From the human T2T-CHM13v2.0 reference genome, Homo sapiens, in the NCBI RefSeq assembly GCF_009914755.1, contig NC_060928.1: a stretch of 64,000 bases of DNA; one strand, written 5' to 3'. Positions 31,492 through 47,496 of this stretch are shown here, one piece after another. Positions within the stretch are counted from its first letter, which is position 1, and every line of letters starts with the position of its first letter. The notes beneath the pieces are model-generated. The model ran no database searches. It was not told the DNA's origin and worked only from the letters and a program-made list of their open reading frames with translations. A program made the position numbers and the translations under genes.

Positions 31492-32509
31492 ATTTCTGCC
31501 TGACTATAGCAAGGCAACTACTTGCTGCCCCTGCCCCTCAGTTTCCTCTGTGTTTAACATTCTCCCCTACCCCGTCCACCTCCCTTGCCTGAGAGTGCCT
31601 GAATGAGAGGCAGCAGACCCAGCATCCCCTGCACTGTTGCTAGAGAGGCGTCTGTGTCCAGGGTGGGCCAGGGCCGGGTGGGAAAGCCAGCTTCTCAGAG
31701 CACTGGGTCACTCACGATATCCCTGGTCAGGGGTTCTCTGGTGCCCAGTTCCTAGGACCGCCATGGAGGGCTTTGCAAGCAGGGGGACCCCTCAGGACTG
31801 GCTGTCAGGAGGGTGGAGGAAGGGGCCTCTCCCCCAGAGAAAGTGCTGGGGCAGTTCCTGGAGCCCACTGTGCCATTACCCATCACCATCCCTGGGCACC
31901 TCCATCAGAGGGTCCAGGATGCCAAAGGGACCCCACAGGGGACCAAGTCTAAGACCCTGTGAGATCCCCGTCCATGGTCTGCCACTAGTTTTTAGCTGTG
32001 GATCATTTTGTCAATGAAATCTCACAAGAGGGCAAAGCAGACACAGGCCTAGCTGCCCAGATGGAAGTAGGAGTGGGGGTCAGACCGCCCAACGTGTTGG
32101 CCCCCAAGTCTATGAGTGGCAGGCACGCCTGAGCATGTGCCTGTGAGAGTCACCGTGGAAGGTGCCAGAAAAAATAACCCTGTCTGTCAGGCCTCTGAGC
32201 CCAAGCCAACCCATCGCATCCCCTGTGACTTGCACGTATACGCCCAGATGGCCTGAAGTAACTGAAGAATCACAAAAGAAGTGAAAAGGCCCTGCCCCGC
32301 CTTAACTGATGACATTCCACCATTGTGATTTGTTCCTGCCCCACCTTAACTGAGTGATTAACCCTGCAAATTTCCTTCTCCTGGCTCAGAAGCTCCCCCA
32401 CTGAGCACCCTGTGACCCCCACCCCTGCCCACCAGAGAACAACCCCCTTTGACTGTAATTTTCCATTACCTTCCCAAATCCTATAAAACGGCCCCACCCC
32501 TATCTCCCT

Positions 32510-33193
32510 TTGCTGACTCTCTTTTTGGACTCAGCCCGCCTGCACCCAGGTGAAATAAACAGCCATGTTGCTCACACAAAGCCTGTTTGGTGGTCTCTTC
32601 ACACAGATGCGCATGAAATTTGGTGCCGTGACTCGGATCAGGGGACCTCCCCTGGGAGATCAATCCCCCGTCCTCCTGCTCTTTACTCCATGAGAAAGAC
32701 CCACCTACGACCTCAGGTCCTCAGACCAACCAGCCCAAGAAACATCTCACCAATTTCAAATCCGGTAAGCGGCCTCTTTTTACTCTCTTCTCCAACCTCC
32801 CTCACTATCCCTCAACCTCTTTCTCCTTTCAATCTTGGCGCCACACTTCAATCTCTCCCTTCTCTTAATTTCAATTCCTTTCATTTTCTGGTAGAGATAA
32901 AGGAGACATGTTTTATCCGTGTACCCAAAACTCCGGCGCCAGTCACGGACTGGGAAGGCAGCCTTCCCTTGGTGTTTAATCATTGCAGGGACGCCTCTCT
33001 GATTATACACCCACGTTTCAAGGGTGTCAGACCACGCAGGGACACCTGCTTTGGTCCTTCACCCTTAGCGGCAAGTCCCGCTTTTCTGGGGAAGGGGCAA
33101 GTACCCCAACCCCTTCTCTCCTTGTCTCTACCCCTTCTCTGCTTTTCTGGGAGAGGGGAAAGTACCCCTCAACCCCTTCTCCTTCACCCTTAG
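32510..33193 (+). CDS. ESRG/HESRG-like non-AUG ORF in the HERV-H R-U5-leader (coding status doubtful)
   Basis: 227 uninterrupted codons, LTLFLDSARLHPGEINSHVAHTKPVWWSLHTDAHEIWCRDSD...STPQPLLLHP, similar to the recalled ESRG predicted protein. Start is TTG or CTG. Confidence 0.4.
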   Translation: MLTLFLDSARLHPGEINSHVAHTKPVWWSLHTDAHEIWCRDSDQGTSPGRSIPRPPALYSMRKTHLRPQVLRPTSPRNISPISNPVSGLFLLSSPTSLTIPQPLSPFNLGATLQSLPSLNFNSFHFLVEIKETCFIRVPKTPAPVTDWEGSLPLVFNHCRDASLIIHPRFKGVRPRRDTCFGPSPLAASPAFLGKGQVPQPLLSLSLPLLCFSGRGESTPQPLLLHP

Positions 33194-33224
33194 CGGCAAG
33201 TCCCGCTTTCCTAGGGGGCAAGAA

Positions 33225-33385
33225 CCCCCCAATCGCTTATTTCCATGCCCCAACCTCTGATCTCTGTGCCCCAATCACTTATTTCCATGCCCCAACCTCT
33301 TATGTCTGTGCCCCAATCCCTTTTTTCCACACCCCAACCTCTTATTTCTGTACCCCAATCCCTTATTTCCATGCCCCAACCCTTT
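33225..33385. repeat. ~42-bp tandem repeat in the HERV-H leader (~3.5-4 copies)
   Basis: Units of ccccaatcNcttatttccatgccccaacctcttat.tctgtg. Confidence 0.8.
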
Positions 33386-36300
33386 CTCTGCTTTTCTGGA
33401 GGGCAAGAACCCCCCACCCCTTCTCCGTGTCTCTACTCTTTTCTCTGGGCTTGCCTCCTTTACTATGGGCAAGCTTCCACCTTCCATTCCTCCTTCTTCT
33501 CCCTTAGCCTGTGTTCTTAAGAACTTAAAACCTCTTCAATTCTCACCTGACCTAAAATCTAAGCGTCTTATTTTCTTCTGCAATGCCGCTTGACCCCAAT
33601 ACAAACTCGACAGTAGTTCCAAATAGCCAGAAAACGGCACTTTCAATTTTTCCATCCTACAAGATCTAAATAATTCTTGTCGTAAAATGGGCAAATGGTC
33701 TGAGGTGCCTGACGTCCAGGCATTCTTTTACACATCAGTCCCTTCCTAGTCTCTGTGGCCAGTGCAACTCGTCCCAAATCTTCCTTCTTTCCCTCCCGCC
33801 TGTCCCCTTAGTACCAACCCCAAGCGTCGCTGAGTCTTTCTAATCTTCCTTTTCTACAGACCCATCTGACCTCTCCCTTCCTCCCCAGGCTGCTCCTCGC
33901 CAGGCCGAGCTAGGTCCCAATTCTTCCTCAGCCTCCGCTCCTCCACCCTATAATCCTTTTATCACCTCCCCTCCTCACACCTGCTCCGGCTTACAGTTTC
34001 GTTCCGTGACTAGCCCTCCCCCTCCTGCCCAGCAATTTACTCTTAAAAAGGTGGCTGGAGCCAAAGGCATAGTCAGGGTTAATGCTCCTTTTTCTTTATC
34101 CCAAATCAGATAGTGTTTAGGCTTTTTCATCAAATATAAAAACCCAGCCCAGTTCATGGCTCATTCGGCAGCAACCCTGAGACGCTTTACAGCTCTAGAC
34201 CCTAAAAGGTCAAAAGGCCGTCTTATGCTCAATATACATTTTATTACCCAATCTGCCCCGGACATTAAATAAAACTCCAAAAATTAAATCCGGCCCTCAA
34301 ACCCCACAACAGGACTTAATTGACCTCACCTTCAAGGTGTAGAATAATAAAAAAAAAAAAGTTGCAATTCCTTGCCTCCGCTGTGAGACAAACCCCAGCC
34401 ACATCTCCAGCACACAAGAACTTCCAAACGCCTGAACCACAGCAGCCAGGCGTTCCTCCAGAACCTCCTCCCCCAGGAGCTTGCTACATGTGCCGGAAAT
34501 CTGGCCACTAGGCCAAGGAATGCCTGCAGCCCCGGATTCCTCCTAAGCCGTGTCCCATCTGTGCGGGACCCCACTGAAAATCGGACTGTTCAACTCACCT
34601 GGCAGCCACTCTCAGAGACCCTGGAACTCTGGCCCAAGGCTCTCTGACTCCTTCCAAGATCTTCTCGGCTTAGCGGCTGAAGACTGACACTGCCCGATCG
34701 CCTCGGAAGCCCCCTAGACCATCACGGACGCCGAGCTTCGGGTAACTCTCACAGTGGAAGGTAAGCCCGTCCCCTTCTTAATCAATACGGAGGCTACCCA
34801 CTCCGCATTACCTTCTTTTCAAGGGCCCGTTTCCCTTGCCTCCATAACTGTTGTGGGTATTGACGGCCAGGCTTCTAAACCTCTTAAAACTCCCCAACTC
34901 TGGTGCCAACTTAGACAATACTCTTTTAAGCACTCCTTTTTAGTTATCCCCACCTGCCCAGCTCCCTTATTAGGCTGAGACACTTTAACTAAGTTATCTG
35001 CTTCCCTGACTATTCCTGGACTACAGCCACATCTCATTGCCGCCCTTCTCCCCAACCCAAAGCCTCCTTCGCGTCTTCCTCTCGTATCCCCCCACCTTAA
35101 CCCGCAAGTATGGGACATCTCTACTCCTTCCCTGGCAACCGATCACATGCCCATTACCATCCCATTAAAACCTAATCACCCTTACCCCGCTCAACGCCAA
35201 TATCCCATCCCACAGCACGCTTTAAAAAGATTAAAACCTGTTATCACTCGCCTGCTACAGCGTGGCCTTTTAAAGCTTATAAACTCTCCTTACCATTCCC
35301 CCATTTTACCTGTCCTAAAACCAGACAAGCCTTACAAGTTAGTTCAGAATCTGCGCCTTATCAACCAAATTGTTTTGCCTATCCACCCCGTGGTGCCAAA
35401 CCCATAGACTCTCCTATCCTCAATACCTCCCTCTACTACCCATTATTCTGTTCTGGATCTCAAACATGCTTTCTTTACTATTCCTTGCACCCTTCATCCC
35501 AGCCTCTCTTTGCCTTCACTTAGACTGACCCTGACACCCATTAGGCTCAGCAAATTACCTGGGCTGTACTGCTGCAAGGCTTCACAGACAGCCCCCATTA
35601 CATCAGTCAAGCCCAAATTTCATCCTCATCTGTTAGTCATACTCCTATTCACTGTTCTCAACTACTCACACATGCCCTGCTCTTGTTTACACTGCCGGTT
35701 TACACTCTTTCTCCAAGACATCACAGGTGATATCTCCTAGTGCTATCCCCAAACTGCCACTCTAAACTCTTGAAGTAAATAAATAATCTTTGCCGGCAGG
35801 ACTATGCTGAATCTCCTTAGGCACTCTCTAATTAGATGGCCTAGGTCCTCCCAATTCTTAGTCCTTTTATACCTGTTTTTCGCCTTCTCATATTCCATTT
35901 AGTTTTTCAATTCATACAAAACCCCAGGCCATCACCAATCATTCTATATGACAAATGTTTCTTCTTACATCCCCACAATATCACCCCTTACCACAAGACC
36001 TCCCTTCAGCTTAATCTCTCCCACTCTAGGTTCCCACGCCGCCCCTAATCCCACTTGAAGCAGCTCTGAGAAACATCACCCATTCTCTCTCCATAACACC
36101 CCCAAAAATTTTTGCCGCCTCAACACTTCAACACTATTTTGTTTTATTTTTCTTATTAATATAAGAAGGCAGGAATGTCAGGCCTCTGAGCCCAAGCCAA
36201 GCCATCGCATCCCCTGTGACTTGCACGTATACGCCCAGATGGCCTGAAGTAACTGAAGAATCACAAAAGAAGTGAAAAGGCCCTGCCCCGCCTTAACTGA

Positions 36301-38506
36301 TGACATTCCACTATTGTGATTTGTTCCTGCCCCACCTTAACTGAGTGATTAACCCTGCGAATTTCCTTCTCCTGGCTCAGAAGCTCCCCCACTGAGCACC
36401 TTGTGACCCCCCACCCCTGCCCACCAGAGAACAACCCCCTTTGACTAATTTTCCATTACCTTCCCAAATCCTATAAAACGGCCCCACCCCTATCTCCCTT
36501 CGCTGACTCTCTTTTCGGACTCAGCCCACCTGCACCCAGGTGAAATAAACAGCCACGTTGCTCACACGGAGCCTGTTTGGTGGTCTCTTCACACAGACGC
36601 GCATGAAACTGTCCTCCGGGGTCCTTGGTCCAACTAATAGGTGGACACAGATCCTTTGTCAACAGAGCAGGGCTGGCTGTGAGCACAGAGTAGGAACCTC
36701 AGCGCTACCTGGGGGGTCAGGCAGGCTTCCTGGAAGACGTGAGGCTGTGCTGGGCTCGAAGGGTGAGCAGCAGTGCCAGTGCCAGGGAGAAGGGAGGCTG
36801 AGGCTGTACAGAGGGAGAGCTGTGGAGGTCAAGGCCCGGGCTCCAGGGCCAGACTTCCTGGAGCTTGTCCCAGCTTCTTCCCTTAGGAGCTTCATAGACT
36901 TGGACTAGTTACTCCACCTCGCTGTGACTCAATGTCCTTTTCTGTAAATGGGGCGTTGCGGCCCAGGGGCTGTGGTCAGATGAAGCTGCTTAGAGCACAT
37001 GGAGTGCTTGGAGGGGGCCCTGAGCGCAGGGGGTTCGTGGCGTGGCTCCGGGCTTTACTGGGGAGGTTGGTTCCAGGCTGCCTGGAGCCCAGCTTCTGCG
37101 GGTCAGGGCCACACTGAGGATGATTCCTCCTGGCCCTCAGCCCAGGTCAGACCCAAGACCATATGCAGCGGGCACACCTGTGCAGGGCACCAGCAATGGT
37201 GCAGGGCCGCTGATGCGTCCCTGGGGCCATCTCCGCAGTGCTGGTCCAGGGCGGTCCCACAGGCCATGTTCTGGAACACGGGCCCTTGGGCATCCTGTGA
37301 GGCTCCCCGGCCTCCCGCAGGTAAGTGGCTTGCCCAGATCCACGGAGGGTGGGGAGCTCGGGCTGAAATCCTACTCAGATGACCCCAGAACCCATGCTCT
37401 TCCCACTCACCTTGTTGCTCCCATGCCAGGCATTCAGGGCCCTGAGTCACTTCAAAGGCCTGCCCCACTCCCTGTCCAGGTCCCAATGTGCTAGACACAT
37501 CCTCAAATCCAGCTGAGTGGAGTGTCTCCCATTTCCCAAGAAATCCCATCCCCTCCCATCCCTGCACTTTGCACGAAGCAAGTGCCTCTGGACTGGCGCC
37601 TGCTTCGTGGTGCCATGGCCTATCTGGGCCTGGCGGGTGCACTTGTGTCTTGCCCAAGTCGCAAGCAAGTCCAGCTCCTTGGCACCCACCAGGCACTCGG
37701 ACAGTGCGGCCCAGGGGTGTGCTCTGAGCTCAGAAAGCCGCTGCCCCATCCAGACACATGGCATCCTCAGTAGCTTCTGTTCTGCAAAACATCCAGAACC
37801 CTCCGGATCATTGACCTTTATTTAAAAAATAAACTGAAAAAATTTTAAAGTCAGTCGTTTATGGTGTAGAAAGAAACGGTTTAAATTATTGAAGAGCTAC
37901 TTAACGGTTAAAGTGAAGCCCGTAGCAGGTGACGCGTGACTGTGGTGCCTACGGGCCACTGCAAGCTGGGTGCGAGGAGCATGCCCAGACCCCAGACAGA
38001 GCCCAGACCCCAGGGTCCATCCACCGCCATCCGGCCGGGGCTTCTCCGCTGGCCCTGAGACTTCACCCTCAGGGGAGGCGTCTCTCTCCTGGCAGACTGC
38101 TCCCATTTTGCTCTGCCCTCTCCTCATCGCTCTCTCCCGGCTGGCCCCATTAGGGAGCCGAAGCAGACTCTATTGTTCACAGAAATGGAATCATCTGATG
38201 TCTTTATTTATCTATTTTTTTTAAGTCAGTAGATAAAAATGTTCTGTCCCTCTCCGACTGGGCAACAGTGTGCACAGTGCTGCCTGCTGGAAGCTTCTGA
38301 GGGTGCAGCTCACCTGAGACTGACCTCCCTCCCAGGCCCAGTGGGCTCCCTCATGGCCCCAGGGCTCAGGATCCCCAGTCTCCCTTGCTGGTTCTCGTCT
38401 TCATTCATTCCCGCCAGGAGGACGGTGGAGGAAAGGGTCTCCCCGCAAAGGAGATGTCCATGGCTGCTGGGGGCCTGCTGTACCATCGCCCATCTCCATG
38501 CCTGGC

Positions 38507-39778
<1,272 letters not shown>

Positions 39779-40844
39779 ATGGACATGTCAACCACAGAGG
39801 GCAGGAAGCAGAGGGGACCGCACAGAGGGCCAGAATCTGAAGATCCTTTGAGGCGCCTGGTCCACGGTGTGCATGATTTTAGTCATGGGCCTTTTCTCTA
39901 ATTACCTCCATTCATTCCCTTGGGCCAGCCCTGAGGGGCACTGAGACAGGGCTCCAGGGAGACGCTGCCGCCCAGCTGGGGCTGAGGACGCAGAGGTGCC
40001 ACCCGCACGCCAGCAGCACACATCGGACGGTTCCCTGTGTGTGGTCTTGGATTGACTCTTCCACCTGGGATCGGAACCCTGGAAAGAAAAACCTTCTCCA
40101 TCCCAGCTTTAACCAAAAGAAAGGCTTTGGCCTCCATGCCAGAGGCCCTCCCAGGCCAGCTCCCCCAGCCGTGCTTACCCCCACACCTCCGCTCCCCTCA
40201 GAGCCAGATTTCTTGAAGGGGGTTTGCTCTCCTCTGCTCTACACGGTCACCTCTGCTCTGAAACAATTTAGCTCTTCCCTCTGCTGCTGCCCAATTGCTT
40301 AACTTCCTGGTCACCAACCCCATGGCCCTTCCGGCCCCAGCACCTTCTTGCGCTTTCCATCAGCTTCTAGAAAACTGCGCTTCTCTGCATGCAGAGCTTT
40401 GCCCTCTGGATCTCCTACCTCTCTAAGGGTCTCCCTCGTCTGCCGCTGCCCCCAGTGTGGGCTTTGCCGGGACCTGTCTTCAGCCTCCCCTCCACTGTGG
40501 CCTCTCCCCTCAGGAAGGGGCTACGTGGTGAGGACCAACCCCTTTCCACCGATTTCCACTCACTTCGCCCTTCCTTAACTAAGCCTTAACTAAGGCTCAA
40601 TGCCAGTGTGGTTGGCCACGGAGCTCTGCTGGGATCAGGGGCAGCAGCATTGGCCGTTGTGGAAGTAGGAAGAGCAAGGGTGGGCTTCTGAGCTATGGCC
40701 GGTGGAAGTCCTGGCTCTACCCCTCACCTGCTGTGGGCTGTGGTTACGATAGGCAAGGCTGCTGTGCCCGTTCCTCATTGTGTAATGTGGATAATAATCA
40801 TAAACACAGGAACACCAGTGGTGCCTATTGCATGCTGGACAGTG

Positions 40845-41188
<344 letters not shown>

Positions 41189-41479
41189 TAAATGCTTTGC
41201 ACCTATGAGTTCACTTCGTCCTCACAAAAATTCCTATGTGATAGATATATTATTGCCCCCATCCCCACCCACTGAGCTGCAGCATCTGAGGCACAGAGAG
41301 GCAAAGTAACTTGTCCAAGGTACACAGCTCACAGATATCAAAGCTAGAATTTGAAGCCAAGCAACTCTGGCCCCAAAATCTAAACTGCCTTCTAGATTTG
41401 AAATGAAGATTAACTAAGGCTCAATGCTAAATACTTCTCCTTCTGGCCCTGTTTTATAACAATAAAGTCCTCATGAAAC

Positions 41480-42109
41480 TGAAACCACCTTTGCTATGCT
41501 TCTAACCTCCAAGCTGTCCTTGTTCATTCTCGGGTGTAGGCTGAACTAACTTTAGGAGAAACTTAGTTTATAGTTTAAACAAAGAACAGTAACAGCCTTT
41601 CCCCAAAGCAGACCTCCTTCTTACCTGAGGACTAGATTGCCTTTGTAGGACTAACATTAGCCACAGGATTAGAAATTCTAGTTTAGGAGTCATGCAGCTG
41701 GAGGCTACAAGATTCTGACCCTCCCTAAACTGCTCCTAAGATCAGTGCTTGAGATATTTTGCAGATCCTGCACTTGATGGATCAGCTGGCACCACCCAGA
41801 TCAATAAACTGGCTCATATGATCTTTCGGACCCCCCACCCAGTAACTGAATCAGTGCAAAAAGACACGACTCCCTATGATTTCATCTCTGGTCAATCAGC
41901 TCTCCTGGCTCACTGGCTTCCCCCCACCCACCAAGTTATCCTTAAAAACTCTGCTCCCCAATTGCTCTGGGAGACTGATTTGAGTAATAATAAAACTCCA
42001 GTCTCCCACACAACCGGCTCCGCATGAATTTCTCTTTATTGCAATTCCCCTGTCTTGATGAATCGACTCTGTCTCACAGCGGGCAAGGTGAACCCCTTGG
42101 GCGGTTACA
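41480..42109 (+). mobile_element. Solo LTR8-like ERV1 LTR
   Basis: TGAAACCACCTTTGC...GGGCGGTTACA with 4-bp TSD AAAC on both sides. Confidence 0.85.
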
Positions 42110-43882
42110 AAACCCAACCAATTTTCAATATTTGAGGTCAAATATTATGAGCTCAAGCCACGCTTTAGGTGTCCACTGTGCTCTGCGTGTATTATCTAGC
42201 AGCTGCGATTCACTGAGGGCTAACACACGCCATGCGTTATGTACGGAATTTAGATTCCGCATCTCTAATCCAACAATAACAACCCTGAAGGTAGATTTGA
42301 ACGTTTCCCCATTTTACAGATGAGGAAACTGAAGCCGAAAGAGCTTTCGTGAGAAGCTGGGCCAAGATTCAATTTCAGGTATCTGTGGCTTCAAGGCCTG
42401 AGGCCTTTCCTTCCCGGGGTCTCCTGCCTCCACGGAGATGGCTCTCCTTGTTGGTTCCTGTGTCTGACTTCAGACTCTAAACCCTTTGGGATCACTCCTG
42501 TTTGTATCCCCAGGCTCCAGCACAGTGTTAGGCAGGTGACAGACAGGTGACAGAACTTGTTGTTTGTTGGGTAAGTGGGTAAGCAGTGAGTGAATGAATG
42601 GGCTAAGCCCTGGGCCCTTCTGTCCAAGAGCGCAGAAAAGGCCCCCTGCCCAGAAACGTTGCTCCTGCTGGCCCCAGGACCAGGGCACATCCTGCTACAA
42701 AGAGCTGCAGAGCTGTCCTTTATCCAGAATGTGGTGCCCCCTCCCCAAGCCCTCTGCCACCCTGGCCCCCAGGTCTGTTCTCTGTGGAGTGGCCATTCCA
42801 CACTCACCAGTTACAGGATGGGCCTTCTCGTGAGTCCTGCTCTCGCTCACAGAAGGAACTGGCTCTGTGCCCCTTGGCCCCGAAGACCAGGGCCTGTCTG
42901 CAGAAGCAGTAAGTCCATGAGCAGTGCAGGAACAGGCGGTCCCAGCCCCCAGAGGCAAGAGGCCACCCTGCCCGCAGGCCAGGGCGCTCTGGAATGAGCC
43001 ACGCACTGCTGAACAGTCACCATCCGCAAATGCCTGTGGACATTTCCCCCACTGTGGGGTTGGGGCCTCTACCTCCCACTGTTCCTCCTTCTCCTGAGAT
43101 GTTTTTGGGTAATGGTACCATCATCCTCCTAGTCACCCCAGCGTGTGTGCTCAGAGTCACCATGTCCGCTATGTGCCATCAATCACTGGGTGCTGCAGAG
43201 TCCTTCTGACTAGCTTGGTCTGGCACCCAAGCCCAGGCCCCTCTGTCTCTCCTCAGCCAAGAATGGGACTTCCTCTGTCCCTGAGCCCTCTCAGGTGCCC
43301 TGTGCTCCTGCCTGGCCGGCCACCCTCTCTCTCTTCCCCAAAAAGCCTCGCCCTCTGTCTTTGCCTTGGCGTTGCTGTTCCTCAGAATTCAGCACAGCCC
43401 CACCAACCACTCCCGAGTCCCCCGGATTCACTCCCCACTCCCCACTCCCCACCTCCTTGTTTCCCTCCTCCTTCTCCCTTTCCCCAGGAGGGAAATTGAA
43501 GACAGTTAAAAATAGAACAAATCGAAGTGCACCGGCCAAAGCCAAGCACCACTCAGCAGGAAGCACCTGAGGCTCGGTTCCCCCTGCTGGAAGGCGCCCC
43601 AGGCAGGCCTCACCCTCCCCTCCCTGCTGCCTCCTCCGTATGTTCAAATCCTGCCAGACTTGCACCCAGCTGGGAGAGATGATGTTCAGACCGCAGGCTG
43701 CTGGCGGTGCATGGGGGGCCAGGGGCTCGGGCACTCACGGATTTCAGAGCAGTTCTGCCCAGGCTCGCTGGCCGCCGCCACCTTGCTGTGCTCCTGAAGC
43801 AGGTCAGAGCCCACCCCCAGGGCCCTTCTGTGAGCCCTGGGCTGGAAGATAATGGCAGGGGAGGGAGGCCGGAGCAGGCGGC

Positions 43883-44060
43883 TAGGGTTGCAGATAAAAG
43901 GCAGACACCCAGGCCCAGTTAAATAAATTTCTGAGCAATTACAATTATTTGCTAGTACAAGTATATCCCGGCAATATTTGGGATATATTTATGCTAAAAA
44001 AGTTAATTTGTTGTTGATCTGAAATTCAAATTTTACCAGGTGTCTTGTTTTGTTTTCTTC
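43883..44060. mobile_element. MER53-like palindromic hAT MITE
   Basis: tagggttgcagataaaa...cccagttaaat...agtatatccc.gcaatatttgggatatattta...tctgaaattcaaatt, an internally inverted structure. Confidence 0.7.
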
Positions 44061-44191
44061 TGTTTTCTTTGCCTACATAGGTGCTCAGTCAGGCTACCCT
44101 GGGTAGTCCCAGGGGCAACCCTGCCAGGCCTGTTCCCCATCCAGGCCCGGCACTCCAGCAGAGTGGAGGCAAAGAGAAGTGGGTGGGAGGG

Positions 44192-44615
44192 AGTATTCAT
44201 TTCCTAGGGCTGCCTTAACAAAGTGACACAAACTGGAGCGGGGGTGGAGGTAAAAACAACAGAAAGTTGTCTCACGTTCTGGAGGCTGGAGTCTGAAATC
44301 AAGGCGCGGGCAGGGCCTTGTGCTCTCTGACGGCTCCGGGGGGAGGAACCTGCCTTGCCTCTTGCAGCTTCCGGCGGTGGCCAGTGTGCCGTGGCTTATA
44401 GATGTCACTCCACTCTCGGCCTCAGTTGGCATAAGGCATCGTCTCCTGCGTGTCCCTGGGTCTCTGTTTCCTCTGCTTCTAAGGACACCAGTCATTAGAT
44501 GAGGGCCCACCCTAATCCAGAATGATCCCATCTGTGTCTGCAAAGACCTTATTTCCAAGTAAGAGTGCCTTCTCAGGTTTCAGGGAGACACGAATCTGGG
44601 GGGACTCTTCAACAC
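44192..44615 (-). mobile_element. MLT1 (MaLR) LTR
   Basis: ttcctagggctgccttaacaaag...ctcacgttctggaggctggagtctgaaatcaagg...aggacaccagtcattagatgagggcccaccctaatccag. Confidence 0.8.
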
Positions 44616-45091
44616 AGGAGAGAGAACTAAGTCTGACTTCATTCTGCATTCACGCACACCCACCTCACTGAAAACTTTCAGATCCAGGTGACCATAAAAC
44701 TGACCAGAAAAAAAAAAAAATCAAATATCTGCTCCAGAAGTCCTTAAAGGCCAAACCCATGCAACTCCAGGGCGGCAGGAGCTGGCACTCAGTGACACCT
44801 CGGGCCTGAGTGAGGAGGCTGGAACTTGCCTCCACCTGCTTCTTGCAAAGAACCTTTCAGAAGGGGCACCCACCCCACCCCAGACACTAGCAAAATGGTG
44901 CCAGCATCACTACAAGAAAGCTCTGGAGGCAGTGTGTGTGTTCTTGGGGCCATTAGTCAAGTCTGTGCAGGGCGGAGGTTCTGTGAGAGGCTGAGTTCCT
45001 GCGGAGGGAAAGGAAGAGCTGTGCCCAGGCCTGCTGAGAGACTGCACAGGCCAGGCGCCCCCACGCCCTCCCAGGCCCAGAGTCCATTTCA

Positions 45092-45823
<732 letters not shown>

Positions 45824-47194
45824 TTAATGCACTGAAACCAACAGCCTCGGCCCCCAACACACACACGCAGGCTGGGCAGCTCCTTCTCAGGGGCCCGCAC
45901 TGCCTCCTTCTCCTTGGCAGGTGTCTTCTTGGGGTCACACATTGGAACAGCCCTGTCTACAGCCTTGCTTGCTGCCCCTGCGGTGTGGAGACAGCATCAC
46001 TCTTGCCCAGGACGCCTGGCTGCCTCTCAGGGGTGAGGGGGTGAGACCTTGATTTTGTGGGCCTATAGCAGCCTCTTTCTAGTCAGATAAAGGCTCAAAA
46101 CCTCCTTCCTACCTTCCTCCCTTCCTCCCGGCCTGAGGCAGTCACCCTCATAGCCCTGTAGAGTCTTCAGAGAAGTGGCAATTCAAAGGCTGAATGCTCC
46201 ATTATGTGGCTCCGGCAAATGGCTTGTCTCCCGTGGAGAGATACAGAGGAGTGGGTCTTTGACAGGCTGGAGATGCTCTGATCCGCCCGCGGTGCTGTGG
46301 AGCACGCCGGTGCCTTGCGTGTGTTCTGGCCCAGAGCCTACTGGGCCACGATTTGTGTATCTTTTGTAAAGTGCCATGCGTGAGCCGGATCGGCCCTGAC
46401 ATAATTACTGGAATATTTTAATATGAAGAAGAGTCTCTGAGTCATCTGCTCACACACCTCCACCGGGGCCCCATCTTAGCCAGGACACTGGTCAGAGACA
46501 GATTGTCTTCCTCTGATGGGGAAGTGACAACTCAGCCTCCCCAGAGGGAGGGCTGAGCACAGAGAGACACCTGCAAGGAGAGAAGCAGCTTCAGGGAACC
46601 GCCCAGAAAATAAAGGGCTCTTGGGATCCTGCAGCTCCCATTCTCAGGCCAGAGGGAGCAGTGCAACAAAGGGGGCCGGCCTCTGCTGACATCAGCGAGA
46701 CCCCAAATAACAGGACCCTAGAAAGAAGCTTTGTCAGACCAAATCTGGGGAGGCGGAGGGGAGGAGGAAGGAAAGCCCTCGGGAAGCCACGCTCTCACTC
46801 CTCTCCATGGGGCTCTGGGATGGAGACGTGAGAAAAAGGTAACTGAAGTCTGAGTTGACAAAGCCTGAGACAGAGGAAATGTACAGTTGTAATGAAATAA
46901 AGCTTACAGTCAACTTCATCTGACACACATAGAATGATAGGCAGAATCTTTACTGTGCTGTTGCCTCTCAGTCCTAAATGACCATCGGTTCACTCACATA
47001 ACCGCAGTTAGTGTGCCTCTCACAGGGGCACACTCTGCACTTCTGGGGTCTGTGGAGGCGAGCCCAGTCCTGCCGCACAGCTGCTGTTCTCCAGATCCTC
47101 GAGGCCGAGGCCCTTCCACTCTCTGGGGAGAGGATGCCCCAGCATGGAAACGAAAAGGTAAGTAAACTCTCTGTGCTGGCTTCTCTTTCAGGAT

Positions 47195-47496
<302 letters not shown>

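Larger units (their letters stand above)
32185..36608 (+). mobile_element. HERV-H provirus, internally deleted (LTR7 32185-32618 and 36176-36608)
   Basis: LTRs TGTCAGGCCTCTGAGCCC...GCATGAAA, tRNA-His PBS TGGTGCCGTGACTCGGAT (32621-32638), polypurine tract before 36176 and perfect TSD CTGTC. Stop-riddled remnants of gag zinc knuckles (CYMCRKSGH*), protease (FLINTEA) and RT. Confidence 0.97.

Noticed and set aside
34320-35740. Functional HERV-H gag/pro/pol
   Set aside because: Multiple stops and frameshifts, a protease active-site Asp replaced by Asn, and truncated RT.
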